Shown here: in pieces, positions 53,737 through 63,895 of the stretch
Layout: the number at the start of each line of letters is the position of its first letter
How positions within the stretch are numbered: position 1 is the stretch's first letter
Assembly (NCBI RefSeq): GCF_024706985.1
Contig: NZ_JAMCCX010000018.1
Span: 1 to 64,000, forward strand
Length of the DNA stretch: 64,000 bases
Reading direction: 5' to 3'
DNA from: Alicyclobacillus sp. SP_1
GTDB taxonomy: Bacteria > Bacillota > Bacilli > Alicyclobacillales > Alicyclobacillaceae
Notes under the pieces: model-generated
Seen by the model: the letters and a program-made list of their open reading frames with translations, nothing else
Databases searched by the model: none
Told to the model about the DNA's origin: nothing
Position numbers and translations under genes: made by a program

Positions 53737-53766
53737 TTGTAAGGGTAATAAGAGGTTTTGTAAGGG
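53737..53766. promoter_or_regulatory. direct repeat TTGTAAGGG x2 spaced 21 bp: candidate BceR-like binding site
   Basis: exact 9-bp repeats at 53737-53745 and 53758-53766 just upstream of bceA-like gene. Confidence 0.4.
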
Positions 53767-53809
53767 ACAGCGAAGGAACTTCACGTATCGATGTGAGACA
53801 TTCGACTAA

Positions 53810-54601
53810 GTGAAAGATGTCTGCGTAAGTGAGGGATGCCGATTGAATGTATTGCGTGCGAAGGGTTTGACCAAAGTTTACGGAACCAAAAATCCTGGTT
53901 CCTCTAAGACAGCGTTGAACGGGATTGACCTTGTTGTGAGGTCTAGTGAATTTGTTGGCATTATGGGTCCTTCCGGAAGTGGGAAAACAACGTTGCTCAA
54001 TTTACTCGCAGGTTTAGATCAGGCTACGAGTGGTGAACTTTGGATTCAAGATACTAATATGTCCAAATGTACACCAGAACAAATGGCTGTGCTTCGCCGG
54101 AAAAGTATAGGGTTTGTGTTTCAAGATTACAATTTGCTAGACACGCTCACACTATTTGAAAATGTGACACTGCCGCTAGCCTTAGATGGTCAACGAGGGA
54201 AAAAAGTCAATCAGAGAGCTGAGGAATTGTTAGAATATCTTGGATTGAGAGACGTCATGCGCCAATATCCATATGAAGTTTCCGGCGGACAGCAACAGCG
54301 AACTGCGGTTGCGCGGGCATTAATTCATAATCCAGCGTTGATTTTGGCGGATGAGCCTACGGGCAATTTAGACTCGGGATCGGCTCGGTCCTTACTAGAG
54401 CTGCTTCAGCGGTTAAACCAAGAAAACGGAACCTCTATACTCTTGGTTACACATGACCCGTTTTCTGCTAGTTACTGCCAAAGAATCGTGTTTATCCGTG
54501 ATGGTAGTGTGTTTGCAAACTTAGAAAAAGCAGACTCGAGAGAATCTTTCTTCCGAGAAATTTTAGATACGCTTGGCGTGCTGGAGGGGACGCAGCAATG
54601 A
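53810..54601 (+). CDS. ABC transporter ATP-binding protein (BceA/MacB-type)
   Basis: GPSGSGKTT, LSGGQQQR, ILADEPTGNLD. Confidence 0.85.
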   Translation: MKDVCVSEGCRLNVLRAKGLTKVYGTKNPGSSKTALNGIDLVVRSSEFVGIMGPSGSGKTTLLNLLAGLDQATSGELWIQDTNMSKCTPEQMAVLRRKSIGFVFQDYNLLDTLTLFENVTLPLALDGQRGKKVNQRAEELLEYLGLRDVMRQYPYEVSGGQQQRTAVARALIHNPALILADEPTGNLDSGSARSLLELLQRLNQENGTSILLVTHDPFSASYCQRIVFIRDGSVFANLEKADSRESFFREILDTLGVLEGTQQ

Positions 54602-56535
54602 TGTGGCTTAGCTTTGCGTTCAAAAATAGTGTGCGGAGTCTGCGCCGCTACGTAAATTACCTTGCTGCATGCTCATTCGCTGTCATGATATTTTATATGT
54701 TTTCTGCGTTTGTATTAAACCCTGCAGTTCACCATGGATACATGACACATACAGCTCAGCAGGTGCTTGCATCATGCCAATTCATTGTGATAGTTTTCGC
54801 CGCTTTCTTCATCTTCTTCTTTCACAGCGGTCTGTTACGACTGCGCAGCAAAGAATTTGGACTACTTTTAACACTGGGCATCATCCCCAAGCAGATGGGA
54901 CGATGGATATTTTTCGAGAGCTTGATACTCGGTTTCGTATCGATCGTTTCTGGAATGATTTTAGGCCTCTTGTTCTCCAAGTTGTTTCTATTGACTATGG
55001 CAGCCGCTCTACAATTACCACACGTAATTCCATTCGCAGTGCCGCCGGCTTCTGTGCTACTGACAGCAGTATTTTTCGGAGCTTTATTTCTGTGCGAAGC
55101 CTATTTGGCTTCGCGGCGTGTGATGGGATTGTCGCCGACAGCGCTCTTCGTGGAACAGAGGTCAGCTCAAAAGGTGCCAAGGTATTCGGTTTGGTGGATT
55201 GTGATAGGGTTGACTTGTCTTGGAGCAGGATATTATATGGCTGTTTCGGAAAGTCGTGAATTTATCAGAGACTTGATACCTATCCTCATTTTGACAAGCG
55301 CAGGGACATACTTTCTCTACAGTCAAGTACTGATCATGATTCTCACGGTGCTACGGCGTCGTGCGCTGAGCGGGGTCAGTCTCTTGGTTGTAAGTCGATT
55401 GATGTATCGCCTTAAAGACAACGCCCGGGTATTAACAGTGGTCACGATGTTGACCGCGGTCGTTCTGACGAGTATGGGCTCCGTGCTAGGTCTGCAGCAA
55501 ATCGTGGGGGAAAACTCTCTGAGGGTCAACCCGATGAATGTTATGATAGCCAGTAATGCGGCTAACTCTACACACTTCTCAGCCACTCGTTTGCGTCATA
55601 TATTAAACACTCACGGAGTCCGAATCGCGGCAGAAAATACGTCGTCCATCTTCGTTGCGACACTTCGCACAATGTCTGGACAGTGGGTGGGGGTTCAAGT
55701 TATGTCCCTGTCCACATACAATTCGCTACGAGCCGAGTTTCTTACCGACTCGCGGTTGAAAAAATATATTCCTGCTCTTCCGAGGATTCGTACGGCTCAC
55801 GCAGAATTGATGGTACCATATCCCCTTATTGTGTCCAAAAGACTTACGCCTATCCGTGCAGAGCTAAAGATAGGTCGCGCGGTCGAAACGATCCACATCC
55901 AGAAACAGTCGAATGTTCGAGTTGTGGACGAATCGAACCAGCTTCCTGATTTTGAACTTGTGGTCTCGAACGAGGACTACAGAAAATGGGAACTTGATAT
56001 TCCCAAGTCCATGAAATGGACAATTTATAGCGCGATGTTGTCTCATTGGGTAAAATCACGCTCCGCGGTGCGTCAGATACAAGACGCTGTTGCTTCCAGG
56101 AACCTGGCTGTGTCGGCAACCGTGACGGGTTTCAAACAAACACAAGAATTACTGTCCGTCATGCTGTTCTCAGGTTTCTTCATCAGCACTCTGTTCTTTC
56201 TTACTGCTGGCGGTTCTATTTATTTTCGACTGGATTCACGACTCGAAGAGGACCGCAAACAGTTTCGCACATTTCAAAGGTTGGGTTTACAACGAAAAGA
56301 AATTGGTCGCTTGCTTTCCATAGAGTTACTCTTACTGTTCTTTGTTCCTGTCGGTGTTGCGCTAGTGCACAGTACAGTCGCTATCATCGACCTCGGGCAT
56401 CTTGTGCTACTGAGTGCAGGTGAATGGGGAATTCTCGCCATAGTGGCCGCAGTATATTGCATCCTCATGTTCATCTTCTTTGGAGTTTCGAGGATAAAGT
56501 ATCTTCAACGCGCTATGAATCAAACCATGGGTTGA
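54598..56535 (+). CDS. ABC transporter permease, FtsX-like 10-TM (BceB-type)
   Basis: 645 aa, two FtsX modules separated by large extracellular loop; ATGA overlap. Confidence 0.8.
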   Translation: MMWLSFAFKNSVRSLRRYVNYLAACSFAVMIFYMFSAFVLNPAVHHGYMTHTAQQVLASCQFIVIVFAAFFIFFFHSGLLRLRSKEFGLLLTLGIIPKQMGRWIFFESLILGFVSIVSGMILGLLFSKLFLLTMAAALQLPHVIPFAVPPASVLLTAVFFGALFLCEAYLASRRVMGLSPTALFVEQRSAQKVPRYSVWWIVIGLTCLGAGYYMAVSESREFIRDLIPILILTSAGTYFLYSQVLIMILTVLRRRALSGVSLLVVSRLMYRLKDNARVLTVVTMLTAVVLTSMGSVLGLQQIVGENSLRVNPMNVMIASNAANSTHFSATRLRHILNTHGVRIAAENTSSIFVATLRTMSGQWVGVQVMSLSTYNSLRAEFLTDSRLKKYIPALPRIRTAHAELMVPYPLIVSKRLTPIRAELKIGRAVETIHIQKQSNVRVVDESNQLPDFELVVSNEDYRKWELDIPKSMKWTIYSAMLSHWVKSRSAVRQIQDAVASRNLAVSATVTGFKQTQELLSVMLFSGFFISTLFFLTAGGSIYFRLDSRLEEDRKQFRTFQRLGLQRKEIGRLLSIELLLLFFVPVGVALVHSTVAIIDLGHLVLLSAGEWGILAIVAAVYCILMFIFFGVSRIKYLQRAMNQTMG

Positions 56536-56664
56536 TTTCCATGATATATCAGTTGGAACCTGGCTCATAATTGGGTTGCAAGCTTTGAATCTTTATGCGT
56601 TGATATACTAAAATCTATCAATCTGAATGTGCCTGAAACAGTCGGCTAAATTAAGGGGTCCGCA

Positions 56665-57885
56665 ATGAATTGGTTCAAGAAGTCGATGTTTTCGAATCAG
56701 CGATTTTTGCTCTGGTTCTGTGGCCAAGGCATCTCTTATTTTGGGGACTCCATCGCTGCTGTGGCCATCCCAATCCTAGTTCTCACCTACACGCAGTCGG
56801 CGTTTTTGATGGGTTTGGTCGGTGCCTTAGAAGTTGTTCCGGTGTTCGTCATCGGGTTGGCAGCTGGTGTTTGGGTCGACCGATGGAGCCGCAAAAAAGT
56901 GATGCTCGTATCGGACTTCGGCCGAGCGCTGGTCATGGGGCTCATCCCGGCGGCCTCTTTAGCCCACGCGCCGATGATGCCGGTGGTTGTGGTTGTAGCA
57001 ATCGTCAGCGGGACCTTGGCAGTGTTTTTCGGCGCAGCTTACACGGGACTGATTCGGCGAGTTGTGGGCGAAGGAGAATTGGGACGCGCCAATGGCTATT
57101 TTGAAGCGATTGAGAGTATTGCGTATGGTTTGGGGCCGTTATTCGCGGGTGTTTTGACATCGAAAATTGGAGCGTCTTATACCATCGGCATAGATGCACT
57201 GTCGTTTTTGTTTTCGGCCATATCCATACTTGGGTTACGTAGTGTCGACAAACGGAGCACGCCCGGTTCGAAAACCACTGCAGGTTTTTTCTTGGAAATG
57301 AAAGTGGGAGTTCAGACAGTCTTGAAGGACTCGGTTCTGAGTGCGGTTACTCTCCTTTGGGGGAGCAACCGCTTTGTGTTTGCGGCGCTCATTCCGGCTC
57401 TCACATTCTTTGTTCTTAAGACATTTCATGGGGATTCATTCCAGGTCGGCGTGGCCGTTAGCTTATATGCGGTCGGTTCTCTCATCGGAACTTTAATTGG
57501 CTCGCGAATACCGACGCATTTGGGCATGGCGGTAGGCATGGGTGCGCAGCTGTGCATGTTTGTCGGTGCCGTCTTCCTCTCTATTGCTGCATCAATTGAC
57601 ATAGTGTTTGGGTGCGCAGCCATGCTGGGGGTTGGCGAAGGGTTGCTTTTAGTTATTTATTTGACCTATCGGGTAGGCAGAGTGCCCGAAGAGGTAGTCG
57701 GGCGCGTTTATGCGGTCACGTCGACGGCTACTCTCGGCATGGGAGGCATTGGATACCTCGTCGTTGGCAGTTTGTTAAATATCTGGGGTAGCCATGTAAC
57801 TTGGATGGTTCTAGCGGCGCTGTCCATTATGGGCGCAGTATCGTCTTATGTTATCTCCAAGCAAAATCGCGCCGCTCATAGGTGA
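56665..57885 (+). CDS. MFS transporter
   Basis: 12 TM; MFS motif GxxxDRxSRKK (VWVDRWSRKK). Confidence 0.8.
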   Translation: MNWFKKSMFSNQRFLLWFCGQGISYFGDSIAAVAIPILVLTYTQSAFLMGLVGALEVVPVFVIGLAAGVWVDRWSRKKVMLVSDFGRALVMGLIPAASLAHAPMMPVVVVVAIVSGTLAVFFGAAYTGLIRRVVGEGELGRANGYFEAIESIAYGLGPLFAGVLTSKIGASYTIGIDALSFLFSAISILGLRSVDKRSTPGSKTTAGFFLEMKVGVQTVLKDSVLSAVTLLWGSNRFVFAALIPALTFFVLKTFHGDSFQVGVAVSLYAVGSLIGTLIGSRIPTHLGMAVGMGAQLCMFVGAVFLSIAASIDIVFGCAAMLGVGEGLLLVIYLTYRVGRVPEEVVGRVYAVTSTATLGMGGIGYLVVGSLLNIWGSHVTWMVLAALSIMGAVSSYVISKQNRAAHR

Positions 57886-58017
57886 CGAATCTCTCGTGCC
57901 TCGAATCGACGGTCTCTAGGATGGTTGGGTGGTTGGTCTAATGACGATCTCGATGCAGGATTTTCCTTCCACTGTGTGTAAGTATAGGGCGAGAATTTTT
58001 CGGGTTATGTCTGGCGC

Positions 58018-58875
58018 GTGTTGACGCTTCATCAGGGATGGTTAGGGGTGAGACAGTTGACGGTATTTCTGAATCAAGAACTGGCGCGTAAAATCGAATA
58101 TGGTGTCGTTCGAGGGAATCGAGATCTCGTGGAGGCTTGGAATTCATCAGGATTCTCAACGACGGTGATGACCAAAGAGTTCAATCACGCTCTCGCTATA
58201 TATGGTGGCGCTGAATGCCCTGTCAATGAAACAGTAGGCCTTGGAATGTTTTCTCCAGTTGCAGAGTCAACAATCGAAGAAATTGAGCGCTTTTATCATG
58301 CGAATCATCACGCATCTGTCATTCGAGTATGTCCGTTAGCTCATCCTTCGCTCATCGAATTAACACGCCAACGAGGGTACGTTCTTAATGGGTTCTCGTA
58401 TCGCTGGATTCTCGACTTAAATTCTTGGGAGCCGCGGTGTGAAGTGGCGGATTCGCGCGTCCGGATGGCTGCGAAAGAGGAAGAAATGGAGTGGGCGCGT
58501 GTCGTTGCTGCGGGGTTTGCCGATGTTGACGCAGTTCCGGTTGACCAAAACCTTGATTTAGACAGAGCATTTTTTCGCATGCAGAACAGTGTACCCGTCC
58601 TAGCTTTCGAAAATGGAGTTGCCGCCGCCGGAGGAATCGTTGCATTAGGCGATGAAGTTGCCGCTCTGTTTGCAACCAGTACTCGTCGGTCGTATCGAAA
58701 GCGGGGGTTGCAGACAGCGTTGCTGGATTGGAGGCTTCGTTTTGCGAAAGAAAATGGCGCTACTATAGCAACCATTGAGACTGACCCCGGCTCAAACTCA
58801 CAGCGCAACGCGGAAAGGATGGGGTTTCGATTGGCCTACGTAACCGCCGAGTTAGTCAGGCCCGCTCAGAGTTAG
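58018..58875 (+). CDS. GNAT-family N-acetyltransferase
   Basis: C-terminal GNAT core RSYRKRGLQTALL...GFR; start uncertain (TTG/GTG). Confidence 0.6.
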   Translation: MLTLHQGWLGVRQLTVFLNQELARKIEYGVVRGNRDLVEAWNSSGFSTTVMTKEFNHALAIYGGAECPVNETVGLGMFSPVAESTIEEIERFYHANHHASVIRVCPLAHPSLIELTRQRGYVLNGFSYRWILDLNSWEPRCEVADSRVRMAAKEEEMEWARVVAAGFADVDAVPVDQNLDLDRAFFRMQNSVPVLAFENGVAAAGGIVALGDEVAALFATSTRRSYRKRGLQTALLDWRLRFAKENGATIATIETDPGSNSQRNAERMGFRLAYVTAELVRPAQS

Positions 58876-58932
58876 ATTCCGCCATGTTACGAAACGATGG
58901 CGGAAGACCGGATCGTCGGATAGAGAAGGAAA

Positions 58933-59715
58933 ATGGAAACGGAGGGACGAACAGTGACAACCAAGGAAACCACACGGGTTATGAGATTCACTCCAGAAAT
59001 GTATATGGACTATCACGTACGTCGTATGGGAATTCAAATTGAAGATATTGGTGTTGCACCGACTGTCATCATGACGTGGTTTACGCGAATTCGGGAGTCA
59101 CTCACTAGCGCGGTGAATGGCTGTGTCTTATCCAATGCACCATTTCGTCACGCCATATCTGGGGAGATAAATTCGACTCCCGTAACCATCGTGCAGTGTC
59201 CAATCGGAGCTCCGGGTACCATTTCCCATATGGAGGAGTTGATTGTTTGCGGAGCCCGCCGTTTTATCGGAATTGGAGCAGCGGGGAGTTTGCAACCGGA
59301 CAACCCAATCGGAAGTTTGCTGATTCCCGATGAGTGTGTTCGTGACGAAGGGACATCTCGGCATTACCTACCGGAAGATGCGGTCGTATGTGCTACACCC
59401 ACACTGCAGAGCAGGCTGGTTTTTTGTGCCCAATCGCTCGGATACTCGGTCTCCGTCGGGCGTCATTGGACCACGGACGCTATCTACAGAGAGCCTGTGA
59501 GCGACATCCATCGTCATCGCGAGTCTGGGGTTCTTGGAGTAGATATGGAAACCTCCGCGATGTACGCGCTAGGACAAGTGCGCGGCGTAGAGGTTGCGAA
59601 CGTGCTGGCCGTGAGTGATGAGTTGTGGCATGCGTGGAACCCGGCTTTTGGCTCTGATGCTCTTGACGCTGGATTGGAACGTGCGTGTGAGATAGCGTTG
59701 GCAGCAACTGTCTGA
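58933..59715 (+). CDS. nucleoside phosphorylase, PNP/UDP family 1
   Basis: IGIGAAGSL, LGVDMETSAMY motifs. Confidence 0.7.
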   Translation: METEGRTVTTKETTRVMRFTPEMYMDYHVRRMGIQIEDIGVAPTVIMTWFTRIRESLTSAVNGCVLSNAPFRHAISGEINSTPVTIVQCPIGAPGTISHMEELIVCGARRFIGIGAAGSLQPDNPIGSLLIPDECVRDEGTSRHYLPEDAVVCATPTLQSRLVFCAQSLGYSVSVGRHWTTDAIYREPVSDIHRHRESGVLGVDMETSAMYALGQVRGVEVANVLAVSDELWHAWNPAFGSDALDAGLERACEIALAATV

Positions 59716-59971
59716 AGTTTGACTGACTCTTTGCCGATTAAAATACATCTTGATGGCGCGGCGGATAATTGTGACTAGGAATGCAAACGAAGTGCCTGTC
59801 ACTGCGAATGCAGATCATCGCTCAGCATGTATACAGGGATGGGCACTCCGTCGTTCCGTCACAGACTTGCTCCTTCCGCAACAATGTACATCGGGAACAC
59901 GAAAGTCGTTTTAAATCGCAGACCGCTCCTCAGAACTCAACGACGGTTGGGGTCGGTGTCGACCTTGTTGC

Positions 59972-60583
59972 TCATTCCTCATTCTCGGTGTAACGCAGTG
60001 TGTGGACAAACATTGAAACTAGTGTGTCGACCATCTCATCAGACTGCGCTTGCAGCAAGGCGGCATTATCTTTAAAACTGCAAATCATCAGTACGTGATG
60101 AAATAGTTGTCCATAGAACATTCGTGACATGAGCTTGAAATTTCTCTCGTCAATCTTCTGTTGTTGAGCTAAGTCTGTTAGATACTCCGCTAAGTGCTCT
60201 TCTAGCCGCCTTGGAATGGTGTAAATTAGGTCTGCAAGGGATGGATTCCTTGGTATTTCCATGATTCCAATGCGAACGTAGTCTAAATTTTTGTACTCGG
60301 CTTCTAAATAGGTGTGAGCGAGGAGAGTCAAATCCTCACGCAAATTCCCTTGTAGTTGTGCATTTAGTTTCTCTGATAACATAGAGGTGGGTGCATAATG
60401 AGAGAGGACTTCGCGAAATAAATTCTCCTTTGACCCAAAGTGACGAAATAAAGTAATCTCATTAACTTCCGCCATTTGCGCAATATCTCGCGTTGCACTT
60501 CCGTCATATCCTTTGATAGAAAACAGCGACAGAGCCGCTTCCATAATCCGCTCACGTGTGTTCGACTTCTCCAATGTGGGCAC
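59972..60583 (-). CDS. TetR/AcrR-family transcriptional regulator
   Basis: HTH RERIMEAALSLFSIKGYDGSATRDIAQMAEVNEITLFRHFGSKENL. Confidence 0.8.
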   Translation of the reverse strand: MPTLEKSNTRERIMEAALSLFSIKGYDGSATRDIAQMAEVNEITLFRHFGSKENLFREVLSHYAPTSMLSEKLNAQLQGNLREDLTLLAHTYLEAEYKNLDYVRIGIMEIPRNPSLADLIYTIPRRLEEHLAEYLTDLAQQQKIDERNFKLMSRMFYGQLFHHVLMICSFKDNAALLQAQSDEMVDTLVSMFVHTLRYTENEE

Positions 60584-60790
60584 CTCGTATCGTCATACAA
60601 TCGTTGAGTCAGGGTAAACTTTTGAAGCATCTCATCCATCGTGACTGCCAATGTTGACTGCATCGGGTAAACCAAAGAACAGAATCTCAAAAGCGGGATT
60701 TCATTAAAAGTATTTCAAAAGTCTGCCTAGGTTCATCGTGAATCATAACATTGACATTTTTATTTTATCAGGTTACCGTAAACGTTGCAA

Positions 60791-60802
60791 GCAAGTACTT
60801 GC
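60791..60802. promoter_or_regulatory. 12-bp perfect palindrome GCAAGTACTTGC in TetR/NmrA divergent intergenic region (candidate TetR operator)
   Basis: self-complementary 12-mer, about 28 nt upstream of NmrA-like start. Confidence 0.4.
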
Positions 60803-60829
60803 ATTTTGTGAAAGGTGGGCCATTGACGA

Positions 60830-61669
60830 ATGCAGAATGAATCGAAAGTCTTGGTTACTGGAGCAACAGGAAACGTGGGTCGTGAAATTGTTAAGCAGAT
60901 GTTGGGCGTGGGCCAGGCAATTCGCGTCATGAGTCGCAATGTGGATAAGGTAACGTTTGCCAACCATGTGGAAGTTGTCGGTGGAGATTTGACAAATGCA
61001 ATCCAGGTGAAGGAGGCACTCAAAGGAGTTCGCAAGGTCTTTCTCATTCATGTACCCGGTGCCGACTCATTTCCACAGGTTTGTCGCGAGATGGGAGTTG
61101 AGCACATTGTCTTCCTCTCATCGAGTGCCATTGAGTCCGCGACAGAAAATGCCATCGGACGCATGCATGCCCATACGGAGTCTCTGATTGACGAATCGCA
61201 TGTGGACTGGACATTTCTGAGACCGGATGCCTTTATGTCAAATTCGCTTCAATGGGCAAAGGCCATCAGAGAAGAAGGGGTTGTAAGAGCAGCATTTGGT
61301 CATGTGAAGTCCACCCCGATAGACCCGAGAGACATTGCAGCGGTCGCCGTGAAAGCGCTCTGTTCTGTGGGACATGCACGAAAAATTTACACCTTGACTG
61401 GACCAGAGACGGTCACACCGAAAGACCAAGCTCAAATCATCCAGGGCGTGCTCGGCAAGAAAGTTGAATTTATCGACATTCCTGGCGAGATGGCTCGGCA
61501 GCAAATGTTGCAATACGCTCCAAAGGAAATCGTTGATGCGTTGTTCACCTTGTCGGCAGATTCGCTTGCAGACCCTAAGCCCCCTACAAAGACCGTGGAA
61601 GACGTCACTGGCATGCCAGCACACACGTTTGAGCAATGGGTGATGGACAACAGGGCGGCCTTTCGTTAA
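60830..61669 (+). CDS. NmrA-like/atypical SDR NAD(P)H-binding protein
   Basis: N-terminal VLVTGATGNVG Rossmann motif. Confidence 0.75.
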   Translation: MQNESKVLVTGATGNVGREIVKQMLGVGQAIRVMSRNVDKVTFANHVEVVGGDLTNAIQVKEALKGVRKVFLIHVPGADSFPQVCREMGVEHIVFLSSSAIESATENAIGRMHAHTESLIDESHVDWTFLRPDAFMSNSLQWAKAIREEGVVRAAFGHVKSTPIDPRDIAAVAVKALCSVGHARKIYTLTGPETVTPKDQAQIIQGVLGKKVEFIDIPGEMARQQMLQYAPKEIVDALFTLSADSLADPKPPTKTVEDVTGMPAHTFEQWVMDNRAAFR

Positions 61670-61679
61670 AGCATCAAGA

Positions 61680-61718
61680 ATAAGCAGGTCTTGTAAAATT
61701 GGGCCTGCTTATTTTCAT
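61680..61718 (+). terminator. rho-independent terminator
   Basis: ATAAGCAGG-15 nt loop-CCTGCTTAT followed by TTTCAT. Confidence 0.55.
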
Positions 61719-62297
61719 AGACCGTTTGTGGAGTCAATCAGGTACTGATGAAACGCCACGCATGCGCGCACCATTTTCGAGTCTTCTGTCACAGCCTATC
61801 TGTCCACCTCACTGAGTTTCTTCGCGCTCCACCGTGCGCTACACTGCATAAAAGGATTAAAATGGATTAAAATGGACTAACCGGATGTCATGTCGGTCCG
61901 GCATGGAGGTGCTTACGCCGACGACATTGTTGGGGCGTATCCGGATACTTGTCTGCAGGGACTAGCAAGTCTAGGAATCATGCGAGTGGTAGCTTGTGCT
62001 GAACTAAACCTGTCCCGTGCACAGAACAGAGAAGGGTTGGGCCGAGACCGTCAAGGGACTGGACAGCTTGCAGGCCCTGACATCCACATTATGTAGCGGG
62101 CCAATGGAGCGATGACATACCATGCAGTGGAAGCGATGCAAGTGACAGGCTACCTAGTCCAGAGGACGCGCGCTTTGGTCCCAGAACCCATTTGGACATG
62201 GAGCAAAATGTAAGAGTGTGCTATTGTAAATTTGTTGTTTCCACGAGGACCTCATACGCTGGATAGACAGTGCAGAATTGGGGGAAGGGGTGTTACT

Positions 62298-62903
62298 GTG
62301 AAAGACAGTGTATTTGGAATCATCGGCGTCACTATGCTCGTCACGACAGCGATTACAGGTTGTTCCACTTCCGCTACTCAATCCACTCATGTCACTCATA
62401 CTGTTGTCAAAACGCATAGGGCGATAGCACCATTGACAAAAACCGACGTCACGAAAGAGTTAGAAGGGCAGACAAGTGCGAATGTCTTTCATGATATTCA
62501 TATGATTACTCTGAAAAATGTCGGCACTCGAGCGTATTCCCTATTGTCTTTTCAAGAGAACGGACAATTGAAGTATGCGGTTGTTTTCCGTTCACCATCG
62601 CAAGGTACTGGTATGGGAATTGTGTCGGTGACACACGTCAAGGGACAGCCATTAGAAGCAGGTCAATTAGTGGGCAAAGATGGCTATAACTTTGTTGCTG
62701 GAGTGGTGGTGCAGGACCCAAGTGTGAAGCGTGTGGTTCTCACCTTTACGAATGGCAGCGTGAAACAAGCCCCAATACGAAATGGGTATTTTTGGTTCTT
62801 TGGTAAGGTTGGAACATCACAGTCAGATGCTTATTTACAAGGTATGATGGGTGTGACTGACCACGGGCAAATAGTCGTCAACGCGGCTCCTGGTTTTTCC
62901 TAA
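62298..62903 (+). CDS. hypothetical lipoprotein
   Basis: MLVTTAITGCS lipobox; GTG start after GGGAAGGGG; no known domain. Confidence 0.5.
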   Translation: MKDSVFGIIGVTMLVTTAITGCSTSATQSTHVTHTVVKTHRAIAPLTKTDVTKELEGQTSANVFHDIHMITLKNVGTRAYSLLSFQENGQLKYAVVFRSPSQGTGMGIVSVTHVKGQPLEAGQLVGKDGYNFVAGVVVQDPSVKRVVLTFTNGSVKQAPIRNGYFWFFGKVGTSQSDAYLQGMMGVTDHGQIVVNAAPGFS

Positions 62904-62944
62904 AAATCAGAATAAAGACGAATCGATTCAGAGGAGGCACACCG

Positions 62945-63895
62945 GTGGAGTTAACAGGAATTCATCATCTGACCGCGGTCTCGGCTCGCATTCGCGATAA
63001 TTATCAGTTTTACACAAAGGTCATGGGCATGCGTCTTGTCAAACGCAGCGTCAACCAGGACGACGTCAGTGCTTATCACTTATTCTACAGTGGAGACAAG
63101 CGTGGTGTTCCCGGCAATGACTTAACTTTTTTTGACTGGGATATCGCGCAAGAACACCGAGGCACCCGCAGTATTATTCGGACGTATTTGCGGGTGAGCG
63201 GGCATGATGCCCTGTGTTGGTGGGCAGATTGGCTTGCCGATCACGGTATCGACCATGCTGGTATTGGCGAATTGGACGGTCGTGCTACTCTCTTCTTTGA
63301 AGACCCAGAGGGGCAAAGACTTGCACTGATAGACGACGGTGGAGACGGCGCGCTCCATCAGCCATGGGAACGGAGTTTTGTTCCTGCTGAAAATCAAATT
63401 CGTGGCCAAGGTCCGATTCTGCTGAGCGTACCGAAGTTACACCACACCGACTGGATGCTGACCAATGTGTTAAACATGCGTCAAGTGCGCCAATATGCGC
63501 ATCCGGACGAAGGTATTGTCCATGTCTATGAAATGGGATTGGGTGGACCACACGCAGAGTTGCACATCACTGAGCAACCAGACTTGCCACCATGCCAGAT
63601 GGGCGCGGGTGGGGTACATCACGTGGCACTCCGAACGCCGAATGACGAAGAATTTCATGAATGGACGAAGCTCATTACTTCAAAGGGTATACCCAATAGC
63701 GGCGAAATCGACCGCTACTGGTTCCGTAGCCTGTATTTTCGTGAACCGAATGGCATTTTGTTTGAAATTGCCACGGACGGTCCCGGATTTTCGGTGGACG
63801 AAGACGCAGAGACTCTTGGTGAAAAAGTGGTTCTCCCGCCATTTTTAGAAACTCGGCGCGCTGAAATTGTTGCGAATCTAAAGCCTATCGATTGA
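62945..63895 (+). CDS. VOC-family ring-cleaving dioxygenase (MhqO/YfiE-like, two glyoxalase modules)
   Basis: GIHHLTAV...YQFYTKVMGMRLVKRS N-module and repeated C-module GVHHVALRTP; GAGGAGG SD before GTG. Confidence 0.7.
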   Translation: MELTGIHHLTAVSARIRDNYQFYTKVMGMRLVKRSVNQDDVSAYHLFYSGDKRGVPGNDLTFFDWDIAQEHRGTRSIIRTYLRVSGHDALCWWADWLADHGIDHAGIGELDGRATLFFEDPEGQRLALIDDGGDGALHQPWERSFVPAENQIRGQGPILLSVPKLHHTDWMLTNVLNMRQVRQYAHPDEGIVHVYEMGLGGPHAELHITEQPDLPPCQMGAGGVHHVALRTPNDEEFHEWTKLITSKGIPNSGEIDRYWFRSLYFREPNGILFEIATDGPGFSVDEDAETLGEKVVLPPFLETRRAEIVANLKPID

